DNA of 61,820 bases, filler included, from Diploschistes diacapsis (taxonomy: Eukaryota), in assembly GCA_023645945.1 (NCBI GenBank). It is 11 parts of 11 records of this genome, joined end to end, with 100 filler letters (N's around TTAATTAATTAA, not from the genome) between each part and the next. Parts side by side here need not be neighbours in the genome. Positions count along the whole stretch, not along the records: positions 1 to 26,089 come from JALAIB010000190.1; 10 more parts are not named here. One strand, given 5' to 3'. Below, piece by piece: positions 12,941 to 23,401 of the stretch (positions are counted from its first letter, which is position 1; each line of letters begins with the position of its first letter). A program made the position numbers and the translations under genes. The notes below the pieces were generated by a model. The model was not told where the DNA came from, ran no database searches, and worked only from the letters and a program-made list of their open reading frames with translations.

Positions 12941-13078
12941 TACGAAGTACCCACCAGAGTAAAAGGTTAGCGCTGATTAGAATGGCGCCATACAAAAAGG
13001 CTCAGGGTGTCCAGATATATGGTAAAAGGCCCTTGCGCGCACTAATCAGCGCTAACCTTTATTCTGGGGTACTTCATA
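12941..13078. mobile_element. MITE-like element: ~35-bp imperfect terminal inverted repeats bounded by TA
   Basis: Left arm TACGAAGTACCCACCAGAGTAAAAGGTTAGCGCTGATTAG matches the reverse complement of the right arm, TATGAAGTACCCCAGAATAAAGGTTAGCGCTGATTAG. Spacer is ~60 bp. Confidence 0.55.
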
Positions 13079-13382
13079 CAAAGCTTACCAGGGCTATCCA
13101 AGCAAGCTAAACTTACCGTCGACCACTCAGTGCACCGCCAACAAAATAGAGCCTTATTCCCAAAATCTCTTGGGATTTACATGATGACGTCGAGAGATAG
13201 CGAGAACAGGAGCTCTGCCGTCCGGGTTATCGTACTGCACTGGCATTTGTTTATCTAGTCCGCCGTCTAACGAGCGCAGAGCTTGGCTTTGTTGCGGTGC
13301 TCATAACCTCTTCGTTATCCTTGGAGCTTTTTTGCATTTCTCTTTCTTTTCCCTCGTTTCTGAGCTCCCTTCACCAACCAAC

Positions 13383-15404
13383 ATGGCTTCAGATACAGCC
13401 AAAAGAGCGACCGAGGGCCCATATCCTGCATATTCTACCGCTTCCCGCGTCTCTCAAGATGAGAAAGCCGACCTGCCCCGTTCCCAGCCATTGGTGCCTC
13501 CGGAGGAGCTGGAGGGCAAAACTCTCTACGAGAAGAAATGTATCCTGATTGACCGCGAAATCAACAGGATGGGCATGGGCAAATACCAGTGGTGTCTGTG
13601 GGGCCTCTGTGGCTTTGGATACCTGCTCGACTTGCTCTGGGCCGAAGCTTTCGGCCTTGTTCTCGCTCCTCTATCGCAGGAGTTGAACATCATCGGTACC
13701 TTCAAACGTCTGACTCGATTCGTGAGCGTCCTAATCCACCTATAGGAAGTGAAAGTGGAAATGTGATTACGGCTTTTTCTGCAGGGCTTACTGCCGGTAT
13801 GCCGAGGTATATTGATTGGTTTCCAAACAGGTTAAATAACTCTTGTCCAGGAGCTGCTTTCTGGGGCATCCTCGTCGACATCATAGGTAAGTCATGCTGC
13901 CCGACCCTTGAATAGCCTCCCGGTTCGTAGCTCACGAACTTCAAGGCCGCCGCTGGGCTTTCAATCTGACATGCCTCTTCTCTTCAGCCTTCGGTCTTGG
14001 TCTTGCTGGATCCAATGACTACAATACCTTCTTGGTGCTCACGGCTTTTGTTGGGTTTGGAGTAGGAGGGAACATCCCGATTGACACGACCATAACGCTT
14101 GAATTCATCCCGCAGGTACTACGTTTCGCTCCCAGCGAGGTTCCTGCCTCGTGTCCGTGCTCACGATCGATAGCGCCATCGTCGGTTGCTTCCTTTTCTT
14201 AGCGTCTTTCAGCCCGTCGGTGTCGTGATCTGTACTGCCATCGCCTACGGCTTTATTCCACAATACAGCTGTGATGTTAAACTGCCTTCCTGCCTGATAT
14301 CTAAGCCAGGCGCTCCCTGCTGCGGGAAACAGAACAACTTTGGCTGGCGCTACACTTTGCTTACCGTAGGCGCCATCACCATGGGCGTCTTCATCCTGCG
14401 CTTTTTCGCCTTCCGCTTCCACGAGTCACCAAAGTTCCTCATGTACCGTGGCAAGGACGAAGCTGCTGTAACCGTGATGCAAGAAGTTGCCAAGTTCAAC
14501 AAACAAAAATGCGGTCTCACGTATGAAATGCTACAGAACCTAACCGATGACGGCGACTCCACGAGCACCAGCGGGCCAACACTGGGTGGAGGCAAGGGGC
14601 TGCGCAAGGCATCCTTGTTCGAGAAGCTCAAGATCGAACTACAGCGCTACAAGATCCTTTTTTCCAACTTCACAATGGCACGCCTTACCACGCTAGTCTG
14701 GCTCACATATGCCTGCGACTTCTGGGGCTTCACCATTGCCGGTAAGACAACACCCAACACTCACCACCAAGCACCGCACCCCCTTCTACCTCTCTCTTCC
14801 CAACTCCCCTCCCTCTCCCCAACCACACTCAACCGCTAACACACCCCCTCGCCACCCACCAGGCGCCTACACCCCCCTCATCCTCGCAAAAAAGAACGCC
14901 TCTGCCTCCCTCTCCATCTACGACACGTACAAGTCCTACATCTACATCTACCTCCCCGGCACCGTCGGCGTTCTGCTCGGCGTCCTCGGCTACGACCTCC
15001 CTCGCGTGGGACGGAAGTGGACGATGGTCGTCTCGTCCGCGCTGATGGCCGCCTCGCTGTTCCTCTTCGCGACCGTCAACAACGTCGCCTCCAACATCGG
15101 CCTCAGCGTGCTCGAGTACTTCTTCCAGTCCATGTTCAACTCCGTCCTGTACGGCTGGACGCCCGAGGCGTTTCCCAGCTACATCCGGGGCACGGCCTGC
15201 GGCGTCGCGAGTTTCTTCGGACGGCTGTTTAGCATCGTGGCCCCGCTGGCGGCGCAGACGCTGCTGCCGAACGTGCCGACGGATCAGATCCCGTGGCAGG
15301 CGTACGCGAAGCTGCTGTACATGGGGGGCGGCGTGGCGTTTGGGGCGACGCTGTTCACGGCGCTGTTGCCCGGGGAGAAGGTGAAGCAGCTGGAGACTAT
15401 GTGA
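13383..15404 (+). CDS. Major facilitator superfamily transporter (SV2/sugar-porter-like), 6 exons
   Basis: Exons ~13383-13695, 13746-13796, 13851-13886, 13946-14115, 14174-14741, 14863-15404. Motifs GMGKYQW.L..LCGFGY, LVDIIGRRWAF, GGNIPID, GWRY, ESPKFL, VGRKWT, TPEAFPSYIRGT. Confidence 0.9.
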
Positions 15405-15793
15405 ACGGAGAGGGGAAGGAGGAGGGAACCGGGCGTGATTGTGAATATTATACGTGGACATGTGACGCGGATGTATGGTATGGTGTTGGGACAGAGACGT
15501 GGACGAGCTTCCGGGGGGACTAGAAAGAATACGGCATCCTGTGCTCTTTGTATTCCCCAGATAAGTAAGTGTACAGGGAGTTTTGAAGATTCCGTGCGTC
15601 ATGCGTCACCAAACACCAATCTTATGAGCGCCCGAGCAAATCCCATTTCCCTTCCTTTCCCTTCATTTCCTCAGACACTCCTCCTCTCCTTCAGCTCCCA
15701 GCTCCCCTCCCCTCCCCCCTCCCAATATAAGCAAAAAGCAAACCACACCTTCCACATCTCCCCTGTCTCCATACAACCCACCTACCTACCCAC

Positions 15794-18290
15794 CTACGAC
15801 TCATCCTCCGTCTCCGTATCCGTCTCGCTCGTGTCATCCTCCTCCTCCTCCCCCTCCGTGTTGCTCTCGTCGCTATCCTCCACCTGCACCTGCACCTTCT
15901 TCCTGGCTTTCTTCGGCTTCTGCGCCGCCCCGCCCACGGCGCCCGTCAGACCGCCGGTTTTCAGAGCGTTCATTTGGCCGGCTAGTGAATCTACACAGAT
16001 AATGGTAATTAGCTCAGTTTCCCGACCACCGATTTTAGGGATCCACAAAAACCAAACCAAACTAGCAAAGGGGATGACGGACACCACGGGTCCGTGGAAT
16101 GATAAGAGGTGGGGGCGACTGGAGGGGATAACAAGGAATGCATACCTTCGTCCGGCTCGCTAATCTCCTCCTCGCTCTCAATCTCCTCCGCCTGGCTCGG
16201 ATCCTCCACTACAAGCGTGACCTCGCTCCGCTCGTCGCTCCCCACGTACGAATCGCAGACACAGTGCATCGTAAACGTATACGATCCCTCCTGCGGCGGC
16301 GCCTGGAACTGGAGCTTGAACGTCTGCACGTTGAACGTCGGTTTGCCCTCCACATCAAAGACAGGCTGGTCGAATGTGCTGAACGTGCTCGGCGGCACCG
16401 CTATCCGCCCTTGCTTGCTCTCGGCGAGAAACAAGTGCCAGCGCGGTGAGTGGTCGCGTGGGAAGTAAGGCGCGTGTGCGAGTGGCGGGATGACGTCACG
16501 ATCGATTTCCGTCGTGTCGATTTTCTGCACACCTCGCGATTTACCGCGCTGTGGGGGCTTGCGGCCGAGCATGGCTTCGACGTCGGATTCGTCGGGGTCG
16601 ACGTCCTCGAGGTCTTTGGGGTTGACGGCCGGGATGTTGGCGGTGCCAGGTGGGATGACGCGGGCTTTGACGACCAATTGGACGAGGCTGGAGGTGACGA
16701 TATGTTTTTCGCCGCGGCATTTGAAGAAGGCGCGTTCGATGACGAGAAAGGGGAGTTGGCGGGCAACGGACACGGCGGTGTTGTATTGGGCGGGTGTTAG
16801 GGACTTGGGCAGGTTTGTGCAGAGCTTGCGGCGGGTGTATTCAGGGAGATCCATGAATTTTTGGAGTGAGATGTGGGTTTTGGAGTCGCCTTCTATTGCT
16901 TTTATGAGATTGGGGTTGAAGTAAGGGAGTTGGAGAAGGGGGGAGGAGTTGGGAGTTGTGGCTTGGATGATGTGCTGCGAGACCGAGTAGGCCTTGAGAA
17001 GAGGGGCGACGTTTGAGTAGGCAAGGCAGATGGCGATGAATGCGTCGTTCAGGGCAAGGGCGACGGGAGCGACCTCGTACTTTTCTGAATGATGTTAGTA
17101 TAGTGGTGGGACGGCGTTTGTGGAGACGCACCGTCGTCGAGAGTCTGATCATCGAGCTTGACCCGGCCCAAGTAAGCCCATAATAATGCGCAAGTCTTCC
17201 TTTGCACACCTTCAAGGCTATTAATCTTCTCTACATCGCGCTTCGTAAGGCCGGCGACAGTGCCCATAGCTTCACCTTCGGTCATTACTGCCTTCTCGAC
17301 CTTTCCTAGTCCTTGCTCTGCCTTGTTTCCTCTAAGCACGTTTTTGTATTCCTCCCCGCTCGTCAAAGCGCAGACAACGCCGCCCTTCGTAAGGTCGTTC
17401 TCGTATTGCTGGAAAAGAGTCGCTGCGCTGTTCACGTAGACCTTCTCTTTTGTGACTCGCTGCGTTCCGTACCACCATTTTCCAACCACGTAAGGGAGGA
17501 GCACGCCAAGAAGAGCTCCATAGAGAAGCAGCACATACTTTCCAGCGCCTTCTTCAATGATCATCTTTGGCAACGCGATCCCAATGCTGAAGCTTTGCTT
17601 GCCGTCAGGATGACCATACTGCAAATAGTTGTTCCGGACCTCCTCATCGGTGAGGGCTTTGTACGCTTTGCTGATCTCAACGTAATGGGCCGTGACTTCC
17701 TCCATGGTTTGGTTGGCCGCTTCGTTGAGCTGGACTTTATCTGGATGGTATAACAGACTCAATCTTCTATACTGTTTCTTGATTGCTTTTCCAGTTGCGG
17801 ACTGCCCACTGTTAGCAAATCAAAAGTTGTACTTAAGTCGGACCTGAAGTACCCTTGAAATGCCTAGAATAGTGTATGGATCCCATAACTTTGGCATTAT
17901 CCGTTGTGTGACTATGATTAAGTACACCATATACCCCATGACTGCATACCCCAGCACCATCGTGAAGAACCTCTTGATGCGCCGCTCTTTCCTCCATTGC
18001 TTATTCTTCTGCCCCGTTATCAAGCTTTCGTCTTCGGGTTTGAAATCGCTCTTTATCCGAGGAGCGGTGTTCTCCAACTCTGTGCGCACCGTAAGCCCCT
18101 GAAGTCAGTTACCCTCAATCACCATACCTTTGCTGGGTTTAAGGAGGGAGTAGGTTAAAGGAAATGTAACGAGGCCGGTCATGGTGAGAATGAAGAAGGG
18201 AAAGAACTGGCCCTTGAAGGTATTAGCTGTAGCTTTCACTTCAGAGCTGCTCAAACGAACCTGCTCATCGTAGGTGTAGTCTGTCGACAT
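15794..18290 (-). CDS. SEC63: ER translocon J-domain subunit Sec63 (multi-exon)
   Basis: MSTDYTYDEQ-GQFFPFF N-terminus, TM segments, WDPY.ILG, J-domain LSLLYHPDK, YGHPDGKQSFSIGIALP, Brl domain (HAPYFPRDHSPRW, QFQAPPQ, CDSYVG), acidic C-tail DTSETDTETEDES. Confidence 0.95.
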
Positions 18291-18657
18291 GGTGCCGACC
18301 TTGCGCCTGCAGCTACGGGCAGACGCCCCAGAATCTTGTTGTCTAACCTTATTCCTCCAGAAGGGTTTTATGCAGCTCGCGTCGATGCTCAAGTAGTCAA
18401 CTTGCTCAAACCCAACAGGCAATCACTTCGTTCGTGGTATCATCAGGTGCTGAGTTATGGCAACCGAATTGTTATCTTAGCAGTCTCAAAAGAACACCTA
18501 AACCGAAACCGAAAAAAAAAGCCTACAGGGGGGGCTGAGCCGATACCGATGCCAAAACGGTTCGGCCAAGCCTTTTTCGGCGCCTTGAAAAATTCAACTT
18601 CTGAAATTGCCTCAAGTAAAGTTGCTGTTTCTCATTTTCAAACAATGGCTGCAATAT

Positions 18658-19127
18658 TCATGAGTATCGGAATTCCACTCTATTCGGGGCATTCACAAGT
18701 ACATCTTTCAAAAAGTCGCTTTGATTCTCAACCTGGGCCCAGTCTTTCTTCCTTCCATCATCAAAGCATTCTACAGACTCTGGTAGCGACTTCGACTTCG
18801 TGAGCCAGAACAGCTCGAGATCAGGAGGACGACGATAGCGGATATGGTGGTAGGCGATAACGAAGCAATAGCAGTGCCTTCCAACCTTTAGTAGTACAAT
18901 ATGGATGAAGCAATATCTGTCGTGACAATGATTCTCGCCTCCACAAACAGAAAAGCCTCCGAATTATCTAGATTGTTATGGAAATCCCTTGGGACCGACG
19001 AAGCGTGATTGTATAATGTTTGCCTATCAATCCAATATTGAACTGCGGCTTTCCTAAGTCCTTCACCATTGAAGCAGCAGACAGGAAGCTCGAGCTGTTT
19101 GAGCGGCTTCTTGGCTTTTCTGCAAGC
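18658..19127 (-). pseudogene. Orphan Cys/Trp-rich protein family, copy A (main exon, one frameshift near 18940)
   Basis: After a CAG acceptor: ACRKAKKPLKQLELPVCC...VPRDFHNNLDNSEAFL. In a shifted frame: IVLLKVGRHCYCF...LELFWLTKSKSLPESVECFDDGRKKDWAQVE...*. Homologous to 20803-21219. Confidence 0.6.
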
Positions 19128-20802
19128 CTGGAATAGTCTCTCTGTAAGCTGTTCTGCTGAGAAGTATGAGAAACTCACCGTCTTACAGGTACCTAATACT
19201 CTAGATTCCCCCCCCCAATCATGCAGGAGGAGAGCTAATTCCAAGGTTTGGTAGCTTAGGTTGAGGAGAGAAGAGGTTCAATATTTGTTCAGAGGGCTAC
19301 AGTCTATACAAAGAGCGGAGCCAATACATCGGGTAGTGAAATAGCCTTTGCTTTTGCTTTGCAGGTGCCGATATCTCTCTTTCCATGTTGTTTCAGCGTC
19401 TCTTGCTGCTAATTCTTGCCCTGGTGTTTTTACATTTCTCATCTCACTGCCTCCGCAAGTAGTGATGATAAGATTGAGAAACAAAACTATCGTTTATAAT
19501 TTGCCGCACCATGATCGTCGCTAATAGACTCATATTCAATACAATATGCGTCAGCTCATGCACTCTGAAAACACTTGAAAAGATGTTCGAGCCTTCTTGG
19601 CCAGTCGAGCAATACAGGCTGACACAGGAACACGATTGTCATTCCAAGTCTGTTGTCCAACTCCCGAAAGGCGTGTTGGTCTTGCATATTTGGATTGGAC
19701 TGGGATAAACGTGTGGAACAGTACTATCCCATTATACAGGATGCAGGTCTTAGACGAGGGCAGTTTGCCATATGGACCAGACAGAAGGGTATGACCACGT
19801 CATAAAGCCACCAAGCCACCATGTACATATGGCCGAGGCACTCCCGAGATGCCCACCATTCAATCCATCCATCTTTCTCTCATGACCATGGGGTACTATT
19901 ATGTCCCCAGCCAGCTCCTCGACTCAAGAGCGGCACTGCACCCTCATGAGGCAAGCTGGAAAGCAGATTTGATCGAGGCCCGTGTACTTCCCCTCGATAA
20001 GCACCAATCTCTTGCTACTTATATGGTGGAAACATTTCAACCCGTCTCCAAGACGAATTGGTTCCTCACACAATACAACATGCCTAGATCAAAATCAACT
20101 GAATTGTATTCAGGGTCAGCTATATCGTGGCAAAACCTCCAAAAGTAGAAATTCGCTCCTATTTTAAGCAAGGCCATGCTGGTATCGAAGTAGCGCATAG
20201 CCAATTCCATAGAAGTATTTTTCGATGTTGTTAATGTTCATGCTTTATTTGGTCGCATACCTCGGTGATCCTGGGGTCCCTTTGATCAATGGGTCGGATA
20301 CGTAAATCGCCGGCTTTTCACATTCTTGAATCACCCTCTAGTTTTTCTTTCTTGCAGCTTAAAGTAATAATGAGATGATAATTGATACATCGAGACAATA
20401 CTTTGCTTACCATCTTGCAATGTGTTCAAAACGGGCTTCTCAAAAGGCTAGAAAAAAAGTCTGAGTGACCAAATTTTGAGACTAAAAAGAACTGATCTGA
20501 CTTGCAGGTGGACTTGGAAATCGTCGCTCCTGAATCTGAAGAGTTCGTAGCATACAGCTCTTTTGTTGTACTTGCACAATAAGCGTACTTGCAAAAAAAC
20601 AGAATGACTCGTTTTTAGGGCATCATCCATGAATTGGATAGTTTATTCCAAGATTCTACCAATGCAAGTATTTCAATCTCGACTTTCTTCACACAACACT
20701 ACCCTTCGCTGCTACCCTGGCCCCTTGCACAGTTCCTACTTTGCATCCGCGTCTCCCAACCACTATCGCCGTAAGCTATCTTAGTATCTAACGAACGAAT
20801 CG

Positions 20803-21219
20803 TCAACTTACTTCGTGGCAGGTTAGATCAACCGGGCCCGGCTCGATAAGCACAAGCTTCCGCTTTCCTCCGTGTCTAAAGCCTTCGATAATGTCTTGAA
20901 GCCTGATCGGCTCTTCAATCCAAAACAACCTGTATTCGTCGCTAGGTCCATCGCCTCCGAACCAGGTGAACCAGTAAAAGTGCTTTCCGATCTTGAAGAG
21001 GGTCATAGGGGAAAGCCGGCAGCAGTTGACAGGGTCGTGGTGTAGCAGAACCTCCATGTTGTCGATATTGCTGCAGAAGTCGTCAGGTGCGAAGTTGATG
21101 ATTCTGTACTTGCACTTTTCCTCTTCCCAGGTCTGGACGATGCAATCTATCCAGATGTCGTGCCGGCAGCAGTCTGGGAGATCGAGCTCCTTGAATGGCT
21201 TTCTGTTTCTGGTGTGTGC
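20803..21219 (-). CDS. Orphan Cys/Trp-rich protein family, copy B (main exon, open; 5' exon unresolved)
   Basis: After a TAG acceptor at 21220, an open 139-codon frame reads AHTRNRKPFKELDLPDCC...APDDFCSNIDNMEVLL...MTLFKIGKHFYWF...YRLFWIEEPIRLQDIIEGFRHGGKRKLVLIE. Confidence 0.6.
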   Translation of the reverse strand, partial: AHTRNRKPFKELDLPDCCRHDIWIDCIVQTWEEEKCKYRIINFAPDDFCSNIDNMEVLLHHDPVNCCRLSPMTLFKIGKHFYWFTWFGGDGPSDEYRLFWIEEPIRLQDIIEGFRHGGKRKLVLIEPGPVDLTCHEVS

Positions 21220-21932
21220 CTAGCAATATATGAGATACATTCCGGATGGGTGATCGGATCATGTTAACCATTTTGATCGTCACCTTGTGAAATCACAACA
21301 CGAGACACGGAGGAAATGAAAATCGCATGAAAGCCTAAAGAAACCGTCTTCTGGTCTCTGCGGGCGATGGAATACGAAAGCCTGAAGAAGTTGTCTTCTC
21401 GTCTCCGGAGCGACACAACTAATGTATCTATTTGGAGCATCGGCAGTACGCCAAATATTTAAGATCTTCAAGTTACTGTTCGGAACGCCATATTGAAGTA
21501 GCGGAACATTGCATATGAGTTCATTGTTAGTCTTTAATAAGACTAAAACAAAGACATAGAATGCTCCCAAAGTACGCTTCGTGGGCGATTCGCAGGCTTT
21601 CTGCAGAATCTCAGTAGCAACCAGTCACCTGAATGAAATGTATAGCAAACATACATAAACTGATCGTAGCTCTTGTAGAAGGATTCAAGTAGTGACAAAA
21701 GGTTGAACTGGAGCCGCTGTTATCACAACATCAAAGGGACCACCAACCTAGTGTGTTGTTTTCTAGATGATGACGCCAGGACAGTCCCGGCAAACTCCAA
21801 CGAACCTTCCGTATACACCGTGAGATCTATTCAACCTTCAACTGCCGCCATATATTGTCCACAACCGTGTCGATAGCAGCGGCCATTATAAAAAAGGGGG
21901 CATTATTCTGAAGTGGTGGAGCCACTTTTATG

Positions 21933-22454
21933 CTACGGGATTAACCCAAGCAACTTAAGGCGCTTGCTGCCACTAATGAAAGTGTTTATCACCTTAGTAG
22001 TGTCGATCTCCCTTACCTCGACACCTTCTTTTTGAAACCCTATCATCCAGTCTTCGATCTCTTGCCAATCCTTACTGCACCAGTGCCTGTTCCAACCAGC
22101 CAATACATCCCCTAGGCTTTCTTCAATCTTCACTCATTGGTACGGAGCGTCCGGGACTGTATGTCTCTGGAGTCTCCACCACCAGCTACCTTCTAATCTC
22201 ACGAGATAAGCTTCAAGCCAAGGGTGCCATCGCCTCTTATCAGTCTAGCAAGTCTCAGATTTCATAGCAATGCAATGGAGTTCGAGGTTGCAATTTACCT
22301 TGTGTTTCGCGAAGACCTTGAAAGAGTCGTAGCGCAACAAAACCTCTTCCGGTTGAGGCTGGATATGCGCTAGCGACAGGCTCTCATCCAGGCAGAGTTC
22401 TGGAAAATCTGGCCAGAATTGCTTATCATCAGAATGAGTGGGAATCATCTCCAC
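21933..22454 (-). pseudogene. Pseudogene with two in-frame stops, possibly a distant third member of the orphan family
   Basis: ORF-track pieces 22245-22454 and 21933-22133 lie in one frame, broken by TAG (22245-22247) and TGA (22134-22136). YLVRLEGSWWW...YQ*VKIEESLGDVLAGW weakly resembles copy B. Confidence 0.4.
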
Positions 22455-23401
22455 AAGTGATTCTAGATCTACTTAGGAAGGATCAAAATCCGAAATTCTA
22501 TTCCAGGGTATGGTAGACCAAGGTAACTTTGAGCCAGGTTCAAGGATTCCGAAAGCCTCAAATGGTTTGGCGCGGTGATTAAGGAGTTTCTGAGGCTGAA
22601 TAGTGAATGGTCAGTATCTTGAAAGACAGAACATAATCAGAACACGTTACCATGACTGTAGAGGAACTCGAGGGATCGACTGTCTCTAGATGGTAACAGA
22701 TGGATGAATATGCTCGAGAGGATGGAAACAGGTTAGATATTCCCAAATCTCTGACCCTGGCTTATCCGTGATCGGAGAACAGTCATTGAAAATGCTCGTC
22801 GTCTGTGAAGGCAGATTGGAACTTCAATATTGGGTGGATAAAGCAGACCAAACTACAATAGAGGATTAAAATGCAACAAACCAAATGGATTAGGCTAAAA
22901 TATCTCGAGCAAATAAGTCCAGGGTACAGTTTATTGCGTGCTGTATGATTTTCACTATTTGTTGATGGGAAGATGATCCGACATCATGATGCTATCTTTG
23001 GTCACTGTACGGTAGATGCCTTGCTCGTTCTAGTATTAGAAGGTCTCTGTCCACAAGAGAGTGATTCGGGACTCTTTGTGGCTAGCTGAACCCATAACAT
23101 TTTGAATGTTTAAGAGTGGCGTTGAGATTGAGATTGAGATTGAGCTTGTCTAAATGTATTTTCGCAAGAAGCTAAAGACCAAGTTGGTCCATTGACGGGT
23201 CGGCACCGCCAAGCCAAGAGCAAACAAACACATTTTATGGTGATCACCAACTTCTGAGGGCAACAACTAACCGGAATAGTGTTGGAGGCTCCGGTTGTTT
23301 TACCTTCAGTACTGTCACTCAGTCGAAGATGCGATCATGAAGACACGTTACCCGAACTAGTAGCTACGGATTTTCCTGTGTGTGTGGAATTTCTCTACAG
23401 G

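Noticed and set aside
14829..16924. Long antisense and alternate-frame ORFs over the MFS and SEC63 3' ends (and similarly over DRS1 and the hydrolase)
   Set aside because: Shadow ORFs caused by high GC3 in the real genes.
18495..18600. AAACCG/CCGAT/CGGTTCGG motifs upstream of SEC63 resembling transposon subterminal repeats
   Set aside because: No matching second end or target-site duplication found; could simply be promoter sequence.
19511..20630. Several short ORFs between orphan copies A and B
   Set aside because: No similarity to the family or to any motif I recognise; cannot be supported.
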